From Myxococcota bacterium (GTDB lineage: Bacteria; Myxococcota_A; UBA796; SXON01): a stretch of DNA of 64,000 bases. Below are positions 56,355 through 64,000 of this stretch, piece after piece (positions within the stretch are counted from its first letter, which is position 1; each line of letters opens with the position of its first letter). The notes beneath the pieces were generated by a model, which worked only from the letters and a program-made list of their open reading frames with translations, was not told where the DNA came from and ran no database searches. The DNA is taken from NCBI GenBank assembly GCA_040386535.1, contig JAZKFH010000009.1, positions 96,001-160,000 of the forward strand, in the 5' to 3' direction. Position numbers and translations under genes: made by a program.

Positions 56355-58088
56355 CTGACCTTCACCCGCCGCTTCCTCGGCGCCTATGTCCGGCCGCTCG
56401 CCCGGTGGTACGTCGCCGGCACCCTGCTGGTGTTGCTGACCAACTGGTTGTCGGTGCGCGTCCCGATGGAGATGGCGCACGGCCTCGACGCCCTGCGCGC
56501 GGGCACGCCCGGCGTGCGCGACGCCGCCGTCCACATCGGCCTCCTCGGGGTCGCAATCATCGCGACGCGCACGCTCTCGCGCGTGTTGTTCTTCTCGCCC
56601 GGGCGCCACGCCGAGTTCGCCCTCCGCGAGGACCTGTTCGCCCACCTCCTGCGGCTCCAGCCCGACTTCTACGCGAAGTTCACCACGGGGGATCTGCTCT
56701 CCCGCGCCACGAGCGACGTGACGTTCGCCCGCGCGTTCGCCGGCTTCGCCCTCCTCCAGGGCATCAACGTGGTGGCTGCGTTCACGATGGCGGTGGGGCA
56801 GATGGTGGTGCTCTCGCCTTCGCTCACGCTCGCGTGCGCGGTGCCCGTCGGCATCGGGTTCCTCGTGGTGCACAGCGGCGTGGGGCGCATGTTCGACCTC
56901 CAGCGCCAGGCGCAGACGCAGCTCGCCACGCTCGCGGACGATCTGCTCGGCACCCTCCAGGGCGTCGGCACCGTGCAGGCCTTCTCCGTCGAGGAGCCCT
57001 TCGTGGCGCGCCTCGTCGGGCACGCCAGCGCGCTCAAGACCTCGAACCTCGAGATGGCGCGGCTCCGCGCGCTCGTGTTCCCCGTGCTCTCCGTGGCCGG
57101 CGGCGCGTGCGTGTTCATCCTCATCTCCTTCGGCGGCGAGATGGCCCTCGCGGGCACGCTCACCGCGGGGCAGATCGCCGCGTTCATCGCGCTCGTGGCC
57201 TACCTGCTCGTGCCCCTGCGGCTCCTCGGCGTGTTGCTGCCGGTGTTCCAGCGCTCCGAGGCGTCCCTGGAGCGCATCTACACCGTGCTCGACGCGGTCC
57301 CGACCCGTCCGGACGCCGGGCGCGCCGTCCCGCTCCCTGTGGGTGCCACCGGCCCCACCATCGAGCTGCGGCACCTCACCTACGCATGGCCCGACGCCCC
57401 GGACCGCCCCGTCCTGCAGGACGTGCACGTGGTCCTCCCCGGTGGCTCCACCGTCGGCGTGTTCGGGCGGACCGGCGCCGGCAAGAGCACGCTGCTCCGC
57501 CTGCTCGCGCGCCTCGACAATCCCCCGGAGGGCTCGGTGTTCGTCGACGGCGTCGATCTCACCCGCGTCGATCTCGCCGACTGGCGCCGCCGCATCACGA
57601 TGGTGCCCCAGTCGCCGTTCCTCTTCTCGGAGACCATCGCCGAGAACGTGGGCCTGGGGGCCCCGCCCGAGGCGGTCGTCGCCGCCGCGTCCGCCGCGTC
57701 GCTCTCGGTCGACCTGCGCGCCCTCCCCGACGGCCTCAACACCGTCGTCGGCGAGCGGGGCATCGCGCTCTCCGGCGGCCAGCGCCAGCGGGTGGCCCTG
57801 GCCCGCGGGCTGGCGCGCCACGCTGACGTGGTGCTCCTGGATGACGTGCTCTCCGCGGTCGACCACCACACCGAGCAGGAGCTGCTCGCGATGCTCCGCG
57901 CCCGCCGTGCCGACGGCCGCAAGCCTACCCGCATCATCGTGAGCCACCGCCTCTCCGCCCTCGAGCAGGCCGATCTCGTCCTGGTGTTCCACGAGGGCCG
58001 GCTGGTCGACCAGGGCACCCACGTCGAGCTCCTCGCGCGCCCCGGCCCGTACCAGGACGCCTGGTCCGCCCAGCGGGAGGCCTCGTGA
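56355..58088 (+). CDS. ABC exporter half-transporter (MdlA-like; degenerate Walker B)
   Basis: TMD with TGDLLSRATSD; GRTGAGKST, LSGGQRQR, LLDDVLSAVD, SHR. The start is uncertain; CTG 56355 after GGAG is proposed. Confidence 0.9.
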   Translation: MTFTRRFLGAYVRPLARWYVAGTLLVLLTNWLSVRVPMEMAHGLDALRAGTPGVRDAAVHIGLLGVAIIATRTLSRVLFFSPGRHAEFALREDLFAHLLRLQPDFYAKFTTGDLLSRATSDVTFARAFAGFALLQGINVVAAFTMAVGQMVVLSPSLTLACAVPVGIGFLVVHSGVGRMFDLQRQAQTQLATLADDLLGTLQGVGTVQAFSVEEPFVARLVGHASALKTSNLEMARLRALVFPVLSVAGGACVFILISFGGEMALAGTLTAGQIAAFIALVAYLLVPLRLLGVLLPVFQRSEASLERIYTVLDAVPTRPDAGRAVPLPVGATGPTIELRHLTYAWPDAPDRPVLQDVHVVLPGGSTVGVFGRTGAGKSTLLRLLARLDNPPEGSVFVDGVDLTRVDLADWRRRITMVPQSPFLFSETIAENVGLGAPPEAVVAAASAASLSVDLRALPDGLNTVVGERGIALSGGQRQRVALARGLARHADVVLLDDVLSAVDHHTEQELLAMLRARRADGRKPTRIIVSHRLSALEQADLVLVFHEGRLVDQGTHVELLARPGPYQDAWSAQREAS

Positions 58089-59878
58089 GCACCCCCGCCC
58101 GCCCGAGCGCCGAGAACAAGTCCGCGCTGGATCTGCTGCGCGCGTTGTGGCCCTACCTGCGCGCGGATCGCGTGCGCTTCGGCGTCGCGATGGCGCTCAC
58201 GCCCGTCGTGGCCGGGCTCGGCCTCGTCCAGCCGCTCCTGCTGAAGAACGCGCTCGACGAGCACATCGTCGCCGGCAAGGGCGAGGGGCTCTGGGCGGTC
58301 GCCGCGGCGTTCCTCGCGGTGGTGTTCCTCTCCTTCGTGTTCGAGGCGGCGTACACGCTCCTGCTCGCGACGGCCGCGGAGAACAGCATCCTGCGCCTGC
58401 GCGAGGCGCTGTTCCGCCACACGCTCGGCCTCTCCCAACGCTTCTTCGAGCGCCAGCCCACCGGGCAGCTGATGACCCGCGCCACCTCCGACGTGGACGC
58501 GCTGAACGAGGCCCTCACGGCGGGCAGCATCAGCATCCTGCTCGACGTGCTCGTGATGGGCGGCACCCTCGCCGCGATGTTCGTGCTCGACGTGCGGCTC
58601 ACGCTGCTGCTGCTCTGCATCGGCCTGCCCCTCGCCGCGACCATCGAGTTCTTCCGGCGTCGCATGCGGATTCTGTTCGGCCGCGTGCGGGACGCGCTGG
58701 CCGCGCTCAATGCGTTCCTGGCCGAGCGGCTCTCCGGCATCGAGGTGCTCCAGCTCTACGGGCAGGAGGAGCGCACGCAGGCGCGCATGCGGGCGCTGGA
58801 CGAGGCGCATCGTGACGCGAATGTGGAGAACAACTACTACGACGCCTCGCTCTACGCGATCATCGACGGCCTCGCGAGCGTTTGCATCGCGCTGATGCTC
58901 GCCTACGGCGCCACCCGGGTGGGCGCGGTGGGCGCGGACGCCGTCAGCGTGGGCCTCGTCGTGGCGTTCGTCGACTACGTCGATCGGCTGTTCCGCCCCC
59001 TCCGCGAGTTCTCGGGGAAGGTGACCTTCCTCCAGCGCGCCGTCGCCGCGCTCGACAAGATCTTCTGGCTCCTCGGCGTCACCGAGCGCATCACCCCTGG
59101 CGACGCGAACCCCACCGGCGCCACCGGCCGGCTCTCGCTCAAGGACGTGCGGTTCCGCTACCGCGCCGATGGCCCCTGGGTGCTCGACGGCATCTCCCTC
59201 GCGGTCGCGCCGTGCGAGGTCGTGGCGGTGGTCGGCCGCACGGGCTCGGGCAAGAGCACGCTGGTCCGTCTGCTCGCGCGGGTGCACGACGGCTACCAAG
59301 GCAGCATCCTGGTCGACGACGTCGAGCTCTCCCGCATCGCGCCGGCCGCCATCCGTCGCATCGTCGGGTCCGTACGCCAGGAGGTGCAGCTGTTCACGGA
59401 CACGCTGCGCTTCAACGTGACGCTGGGCGATCCCTCGCTCGATCCCGCACGCGTGGAGGAGGCCATCACCCTCTCCAACGCGGCCGCCATCGCGATGCGC
59501 CACCCCGAGGGCCTCGATCACAAGGTGCGGGACCGCGGCGCGAACCTCTCGGCCGGCGAGGCGCAGATCCTGGCGCTCGCGCGCACCCTCGCCCGCGACC
59601 CCGCAATCGTCGTGCTCGACGAGGCCACCGCCAGCGTCGATCCCGTCACCGAGCAGCTCCTCCAGCAGGCCATCGAGCGGATCTTCGCGCGGAAGACCTG
59701 CCTCGTCATCGCGCATCGCCTCTCGACCGTCATCCACGCCGACCGTATCGTGGTGATGGACGCGGGCCGCCTGGTCGAGCAGGGCACGCACGCCGAGCTC
59801 CTCGCGCGCGGCGGGGCCTACGCCGCCCTGTTCGCGGAGGGCTTCGGCGAGGTCGAGGAGGCCAAGGAGGCGCGTTAG
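58085..59878 (+). CDS. ABC exporter half-transporter (MdlB-like; degenerate signature)
   Basis: GRTGSGKST, LSAGEAQ, VLDEATASVD, AHRLST; GTGA overlap. Forms a typical heterodimeric pair with the previous gene. Confidence 0.92.
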   Translation: MSTPARPSAENKSALDLLRALWPYLRADRVRFGVAMALTPVVAGLGLVQPLLLKNALDEHIVAGKGEGLWAVAAAFLAVVFLSFVFEAAYTLLLATAAENSILRLREALFRHTLGLSQRFFERQPTGQLMTRATSDVDALNEALTAGSISILLDVLVMGGTLAAMFVLDVRLTLLLLCIGLPLAATIEFFRRRMRILFGRVRDALAALNAFLAERLSGIEVLQLYGQEERTQARMRALDEAHRDANVENNYYDASLYAIIDGLASVCIALMLAYGATRVGAVGADAVSVGLVVAFVDYVDRLFRPLREFSGKVTFLQRAVAALDKIFWLLGVTERITPGDANPTGATGRLSLKDVRFRYRADGPWVLDGISLAVAPCEVVAVVGRTGSGKSTLVRLLARVHDGYQGSILVDDVELSRIAPAAIRRIVGSVRQEVQLFTDTLRFNVTLGDPSLDPARVEEAITLSNAAAIAMRHPEGLDHKVRDRGANLSAGEAQILALARTLARDPAIVVLDEATASVDPVTEQLLQQAIERIFARKTCLVIAHRLSTVIHADRIVVMDAGRLVEQGTHAELLARGGAYAALFAEGFGEVEEAKEAR

Positions 59879-60522
59879 CGCGGAGGCGCAGCCGGAGGCG
59901 TTCCCGTCGGCGGCGCGCTCCCCGTCGGCGGCGCGCTCCCCGTCGGCGGCGCGCTCCCCGTCGGCGGCGGCGGCCCCGCGTCTGCCGGGGGCCCGTCGGG
60001 CAAGGGGGGGCCCACCGCACCGTCGGCGGGGGCGATGCCTTGCGGGGTCGCGCCGGGGCCACCGGGCACGACGTGCAGGCCGGGCGCCGCGCGAGTGTTG
60101 GGCGCCACGAGCGCGAAGCGGGCGGCGCGCTCGGCGTCGGGGAGCTGGAGATCCAGCGGCACGTCCCACGCGAGCGTCCCGACATGGGCCTCGGCGACGT
60201 CGATGCCGGCGATCGTGCCGTCCCCGTCGGCGTCACAGCCCCACCGCAGGGTCAACGCGACGCCCGGCGGCACACGGAAGTCGTAGGGGCCCGGCGCGAC
60301 CGACGTGCCGGCGAGCGGGCGGCTCTGGTTGGGCGAGCCCGCTTCGAGGCGCACGGGGCCGCCGCACGCGCCGCGGAGGATGCCCCGGAGCGTGGGGCTG
60401 CCGGCCGCGGAGAGGTCCTCCTGCGTGTTGAGGGGCGATCTCGACGTGATCGGGGCGCCCCCTGAGGCGGGCGCCGGCGCGGGCGCTACCGGCAGGCATG
60501 CCGCCAGCGCGAAGAGGATCAG
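59875..60522 (-). CDS. Lipoprotein with Pro-rich (PPTGSA)n tail
   Basis: (M)ILFALAAC lipobox; putative CTG start overlapping the upstream TGA; 18-bp tandem repeat near 59903-59970. Confidence 0.6.
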   Translation of the reverse strand: MILFALAACLPVAPAPAPASGGAPITSRSPLNTQEDLSAAGSPTLRGILRGACGGPVRLEAGSPNQSRPLAGTSVAPGPYDFRVPPGVALTLRWGCDADGDGTIAGIDVAEAHVGTLAWDVPLDLQLPDAERAARFALVAPNTRAAPGLHVVPGGPGATPQGIAPADGAVGPPLPDGPPADAGPPPPTGSAPPTGSAPPTGSAPPTGTPPAAPPR

Positions 60523-62561
60523 AGCGACTCCACCACGCAGGGCAGGCCGTTGGACGCGGGCGTTCCGGTGAACGGATCGAGGCGATCGGTCGGCACGAGC
60601 GCCATCACGTCGACCACGTGGCCGGCGGGCAGATCGACCACGTCCTCGCGGAGCGTCGCGTCCAGGTGCACCGTCGCCTCGACCGCGCCGGCGCCCGTGC
60701 GGATGCGCACCCGCGCGCCCTCGGCGAACCCGGAGGCGGGATGGAGCGTCACGCCGGGGTCGATCGCCACCGGCCGATCGAACGGGCGGAGCGCCGCGTC
60801 CCGCACCGCGGAGGTGAGGAGCCAGCGGCCGAGGCCAGCGGGCGCCTTGGGGGCGGTGACCTGGGCGAGGGCGGCGGCGATCGGCGCGGGGAGCAGCTCG
60901 AAGCGGCCCGAAGGGGTGGTGAGCCGCCAGGTGGCGCGGTCGACCTCGCCGCTGAACCAGCCGTGCGGGGCCTCCTTGAGCTCGGCCATCGACACGACGC
61001 CCGAGGTGTCGAGCAGGCGGGCCTCCCACTTCTCGAGATCCGCGGTCGCGACGAAGCTGCCGAGCACCCGGAGGTGCGCGCCGAACTCTCCGCCGCGGAG
61101 GGTCGGCCCGACCTTCTTGAACAGGGCGAGGAGGATGTCCGACAGATCGCGCGCCTCGCCCGGGGGCGACACGAGCGAGGGCGTGTGCTGGGAGAAGCGC
61201 CAGGGGAGGATCGAGGTGTCGTGCAGGTGCAGATCCTCGCGCTCCCAGGGGTGGGTCGCGGGGAGCACCCAGTGCGCCATCGCGGTGGTGTCGTTGTCCG
61301 CGAGGTCGACAGCCACGAGCAGATCGAGGGATCCGAGGGCTTCGCGCAGGCGCGGGCCGCCGGGCAGCTCGCGGGCGGGATCGCCGTAGAGCGACACGAG
61401 CGCGCGGACCTGGCCGTGGCCGGGGGTGAGGATCTCGTCGGCCAGCAGCGCGCCGGGGGCCTGCAGAAGCAGGAGCGGGAGATCGCCGACGCGGGTGCGG
61501 GGCGCGCCGTCGGTCGGAAGCTGCTTCGCGAGGGGGTGGACGTCGATCACGCCCTTGTTGTCGAACACGCCGCCGGGGCGGAGCAGGTTGGCCGTGAGCG
61601 CGTGGAGCACGAGCAACGCCCACGCGGTCAGCGTGCCGTGCTCGTTCTGGAGCGCCTGGTTGCCCGGGGCACACACTGCCATCGCGGCGCGGGAGAACTT
61701 GAGCGCCACGCCGCCGATGTCGGTGGAGGGGATGCCGCAGATCTCCGCGCAGGTCTCGAGCGGCCAGGCGGCGAGGGCCTCCTTGAGCGGGCCGAGGGGG
61801 GTGCAGTAGTCGTCGGTGTACTGGACGTCGCGCCAGTCGTTCTTGAGGATCGCGTCGATCATGCCGAGCACGAAGAACAGCTCGGTGCCGGGCCGGATGG
61901 GCAGGTGGAGATCGGCGCCGGCCGCGAGTGGGGTCTTGCGCGGATCGACCGCGACCACCTTGGTGCCCTTGGTCTTGCGGCTGAACGCGAGGTCCGTGCC
62001 GAGGTTGCGCCCGCCCTGGAGGGGGCCCCAGCCGTCGGCCTCCTGGTTGGCCCCGAGCAGCACCACGTAGTGTGCGCGCCCGACGTCCCGCTGGAGCGCG
62101 GCGGCGTGGCCCACGACGAGCTCGACGGCGCGGAGCCAGGGCCCGCCGCGCGACGCGAGGGGCGAGAACAGGTTGGGCGTGTCGAGGCCGAGCGCGGTCG
62201 CGATCGTACGGGTGAGGCCGCGCGAGTCGAGGCCGACGGGCGCGCCAGCGTACATCCCGATGGCGCGCGGGCCCGACTGCTTGCGGATCTCCTTGAGTTT
62301 CGCGCCGATCTCGTTGATCGCCACCTCCCACGAGACCTCTTCCAGCTTGCCGTTCACCCGCTTCTTCGGGCGGAGCAGCCGGCGCGGATCTTCGGCGGCG
62401 CCCGCGGACGCGGTGCACAAGGCGCAGGTGCCGTGGCGGCCGGTCACGTTCTCGGTGTCGGCGCGCAGGGCGACGATGCGCCCGCCCTCGACCGTCGCGA
62501 GGAGGCCCGCCAGACACTCGTTCGAGCGACACCAGGTCGCTTGTTCTGAAGTCATCGCCAT
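60519..62561 (-). CDS. Molybdopterin oxidoreductase family protein with rearranged Fe-S motif
   Basis: DPRRLLRPKKR..G...EVSWE.A, LGAN, VDPRKT..A..AD.HL.IRPGT, GDP, AHWVLPA....E, LHP; N-terminal Cys pattern C-x4-C...C-x2-C. Confidence 0.8.
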   Translation of the reverse strand: MAMTSEQATWCRSNECLAGLLATVEGGRIVALRADTENVTGRHGTCALCTASAGAAEDPRRLLRPKKRVNGKLEEVSWEVAINEIGAKLKEIRKQSGPRAIGMYAGAPVGLDSRGLTRTIATALGLDTPNLFSPLASRGGPWLRAVELVVGHAAALQRDVGRAHYVVLLGANQEADGWGPLQGGRNLGTDLAFSRKTKGTKVVAVDPRKTPLAAGADLHLPIRPGTELFFVLGMIDAILKNDWRDVQYTDDYCTPLGPLKEALAAWPLETCAEICGIPSTDIGGVALKFSRAAMAVCAPGNQALQNEHGTLTAWALLVLHALTANLLRPGGVFDNKGVIDVHPLAKQLPTDGAPRTRVGDLPLLLLQAPGALLADEILTPGHGQVRALVSLYGDPARELPGGPRLREALGSLDLLVAVDLADNDTTAMAHWVLPATHPWEREDLHLHDTSILPWRFSQHTPSLVSPPGEARDLSDILLALFKKVGPTLRGGEFGAHLRVLGSFVATADLEKWEARLLDTSGVVSMAELKEAPHGWFSGEVDRATWRLTTPSGRFELLPAPIAAALAQVTAPKAPAGLGRWLLTSAVRDAALRPFDRPVAIDPGVTLHPASGFAEGARVRIRTGAGAVEATVHLDATLREDVVDLPAGHVVDVMALVPTDRLDPFTGTPASNGLPCVVESL

Positions 62562-62606
62562 CAGCCTCGTCGCCTCCGCGGGCGAAGACTACCCCTGTTG
62601 CTCGGA

Positions 62607-63353
62607 CTAGACCATCCCCCGGAGCACGGCGCGTAGCGTGGCCGCCGTGCGGGGGAGGTGCCGCGCCGAGGCGAGCAGCGCTTCGGCCGCGGCGCGGCTC
62701 CGGAGGCCGGGGATCAGGCGCACGACGAGGAGGTCCGGCTCGGGGCCCCAGGCCGCCGCGAGGTGCGCGAGCATGGGGGTGGTCGGGTCGTGATCCAGCG
62801 CGGCGCCCGCGGCGCGGAGGGCGGCGCCCAGGTCCACCCCGAGGAGCGCGGCCGCGGGCTCCGCGCGCCCGGTCTCCGCGGCGACGAACACGAGGCCGTC
62901 GACGTGGCCGGCGTCGGCATGCGCGCGACACACGGCCGCGAACGCGGGGTGCGGCGCCGCGGCCATCAGGTGGGTCAGGCCGACGGCGAAGGTCTCCGCC
63001 TTCTTGGAGAGGGGGACCAGCCAGTTCGCCGCGGGGTGGCGGGCAGCGGCGAGCGCGAGCACCTCGGTGGCGGCCTCGCCCGCGAGGTCGAGGAGGCGCG
63101 GGTAGAGCCCGCGGGGCGAGAGCGTGGCTTCGAGGGCGGCGACGTGCGGGAACGCGGCGCGCACGACGGTGGCGCCGCCGGGCGCGCGCGAGCCGCACAC
63201 CACCTCGGCGAGCGCGACGGGGTCCTTCGTGGCGAGGGCGGCGAAGAGCGGCTGGAGGGGGCGATCCTTTGCGTCGCGCACGATGGCGAGGAGGCGCGGG
63301 AGCTCGGCCGGAAGATCGAGGCCGACGAGATCTCCGTCGAGGAGGCGGCTCAT
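62607..63353 (-). CDS. Hypothetical Ala-rich helical protein
   Basis: ATG 63353 overlaps the upstream stop (ATGA); no family recognised. Confidence 0.55.
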   Translation of the reverse strand: MSRLLDGDLVGLDLPAELPRLLAIVRDAKDRPLQPLFAALATKDPVALAEVVCGSRAPGGATVVRAAFPHVAALEATLSPRGLYPRLLDLAGEAATEVLALAAARHPAANWLVPLSKKAETFAVGLTHLMAAAPHPAFAAVCRAHADAGHVDGLVFVAAETGRAEPAAALLGVDLGAALRAAGAALDHDPTTPMLAHLAAAWGPEPDLLVVRLIPGLRSRAAAEALLASARHLPRTAATLRAVLRGMV

Positions 63354-63862
63354 GCGTGCACGCCGCACGCGCCCGGCACGTCGAGCTTGGGGAAGGGGAG
63401 CCCCGCGGGCACGCCCACCCACACGTCCGCCAGGGGTACCGGCCAGCTCGTGCCGTCGGGGGCGCCGGGCTCGCCGAGCAGGGCGTGGCCGGCCGGGACC
63501 GCGGGGCGCCACGCGGCGCCGTGGCGCTCGAAGATGCCGCCGAGGCCCGACGCGGCGGCGCGCGCGCCCCGTGCGTCGGAGGCGACGAGGAGCACGCTCA
63601 TGTCGTCCCGCCCGAGCCAGCGCGCGTCGAGCCGCTGGAGCGCGCCACACGCGGCCAAGAGCACCGCGGCGAGGTCGCCCTCGGCGCGCAGGTCCGCGAG
63701 CGCGTCGCGGGCGGCCTCGGCGGCGTCCCACCCCTCGACCACGGACGCGGTTCCGGCCACCCGGCCCGCCCACGCGAGCCGCACCGGACCGAAGTCACGT
63801 GCGCCGCGCAGGTGGCCGACGAAGGGGGTACGACCCCCGGCGCCGACGAGCCAGACCGTCAT
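63350..63862 (-). CDS. Hypothetical protein
   Basis: 170 aa ORF in the same minus-strand run, coupled to the next gene. Confidence 0.5.
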   Translation of the reverse strand: MTVWLVGAGGRTPFVGHLRGARDFGPVRLAWAGRVAGTASVVEGWDAAEAARDALADLRAEGDLAAVLLAACGALQRLDARWLGRDDMSVLLVASDARGARAAASGLGGIFERHGAAWRPAVPAGHALLGEPGAPDGTSWPVPLADVWVGVPAGLPFPKLDVPGACGVHA

Positions 63863-63878
63863 CGGGCCGAAGCGGGGG

Positions 63879-64000
63879 TCACTTGAACGAGCCGCACGTC
63901 AGCATCGAGGCGCCGTAGTACGGGTTCGCGATGGTGCCGCCCTCCTGGAGCCAGCTCGCGTCCGCCATCGGGCAGAACGCCTCGGTGATGGTGCGGCTGC
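63879..64000 (-). CDS. C-terminal fragment of a DUF3347-like protein, cut by the window edge
   Basis: Hand translation gives ...EAFCPMADASWLQEGGTIANPYYGASMLTCGSFK*, with the CPM, WL, NPY.G..ML.CG pattern. Confidence 0.75.
   Translation of the reverse strand, partial: SRTITEAFCPMADASWLQEGGTIANPYYGASMLTCGSFK

Noticed and set aside
59875..63198. 1107-aa ORF or frameshift fusion with the oxidoreductase
   Set aside because: Only the last ~215 codons look like protein (lipobox onward); the rest is an Arg/Pro-rich off-frame reading of the oxidoreductase and the hypothetical gene upstream of it.
1..64000. tRNA, rRNA, IS, integrase, prophage, reverse transcriptase/DGR
   Set aside because: No cloverleaf or rRNA signature was seen in the few intergenic gaps, and no ORF has transposase, recombinase, phage or RT motifs. 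This was checked by eye only; a tRNAscan/Infernal run would confirm.

Overview
A very GC-rich, densely coding bacterial window. It is most consistent with a Myxococcota genome, an inference from a MYXO-CTERM-like tail, a CglD-like TSP3+vWA lipoprotein, many D-x-D-G-D-G/DCDD surface repeats and membrane Ser/Thr kinases. About 45 CDSs are supportable, including housekeeping genes (mtnA, engB, rlmE, pepA, miaB, fabD). I saw no rRNA, tRNA, CRISPR array, integrase or transposase. Three features stand out. (1) A dissociated type II fatty-acid/polyketide locus at 22.4-32.5 kb: a FabZ-like dehydratase, two catalytic KS, two short Cys-less CLF-like KS, FabD, an enlarged ESL-type ACP and a terminal protein closely matching cyanobacterial-type acyl-ACP reductase motifs. 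A Ser/Thr kinase sits inside it, and a translationally coupled GH3-GT2-DUF2079-like operon lies upstream. (2) Two intergenic composites (11.8-12.5 kb and 28.6-29.3 kb), each pairing an AGGAAGGC purine/pyrimidine repeat array with a ~100-130 nt multi-stem element that shows compensatory base changes between copies. (3) Many enzyme homologues whose catalytic motifs are altered (kinase, caspase, alpha/beta hydrolase, HAD, molybdopterin oxidoreductase). All calls come from reading motifs by eye; no searches were run.
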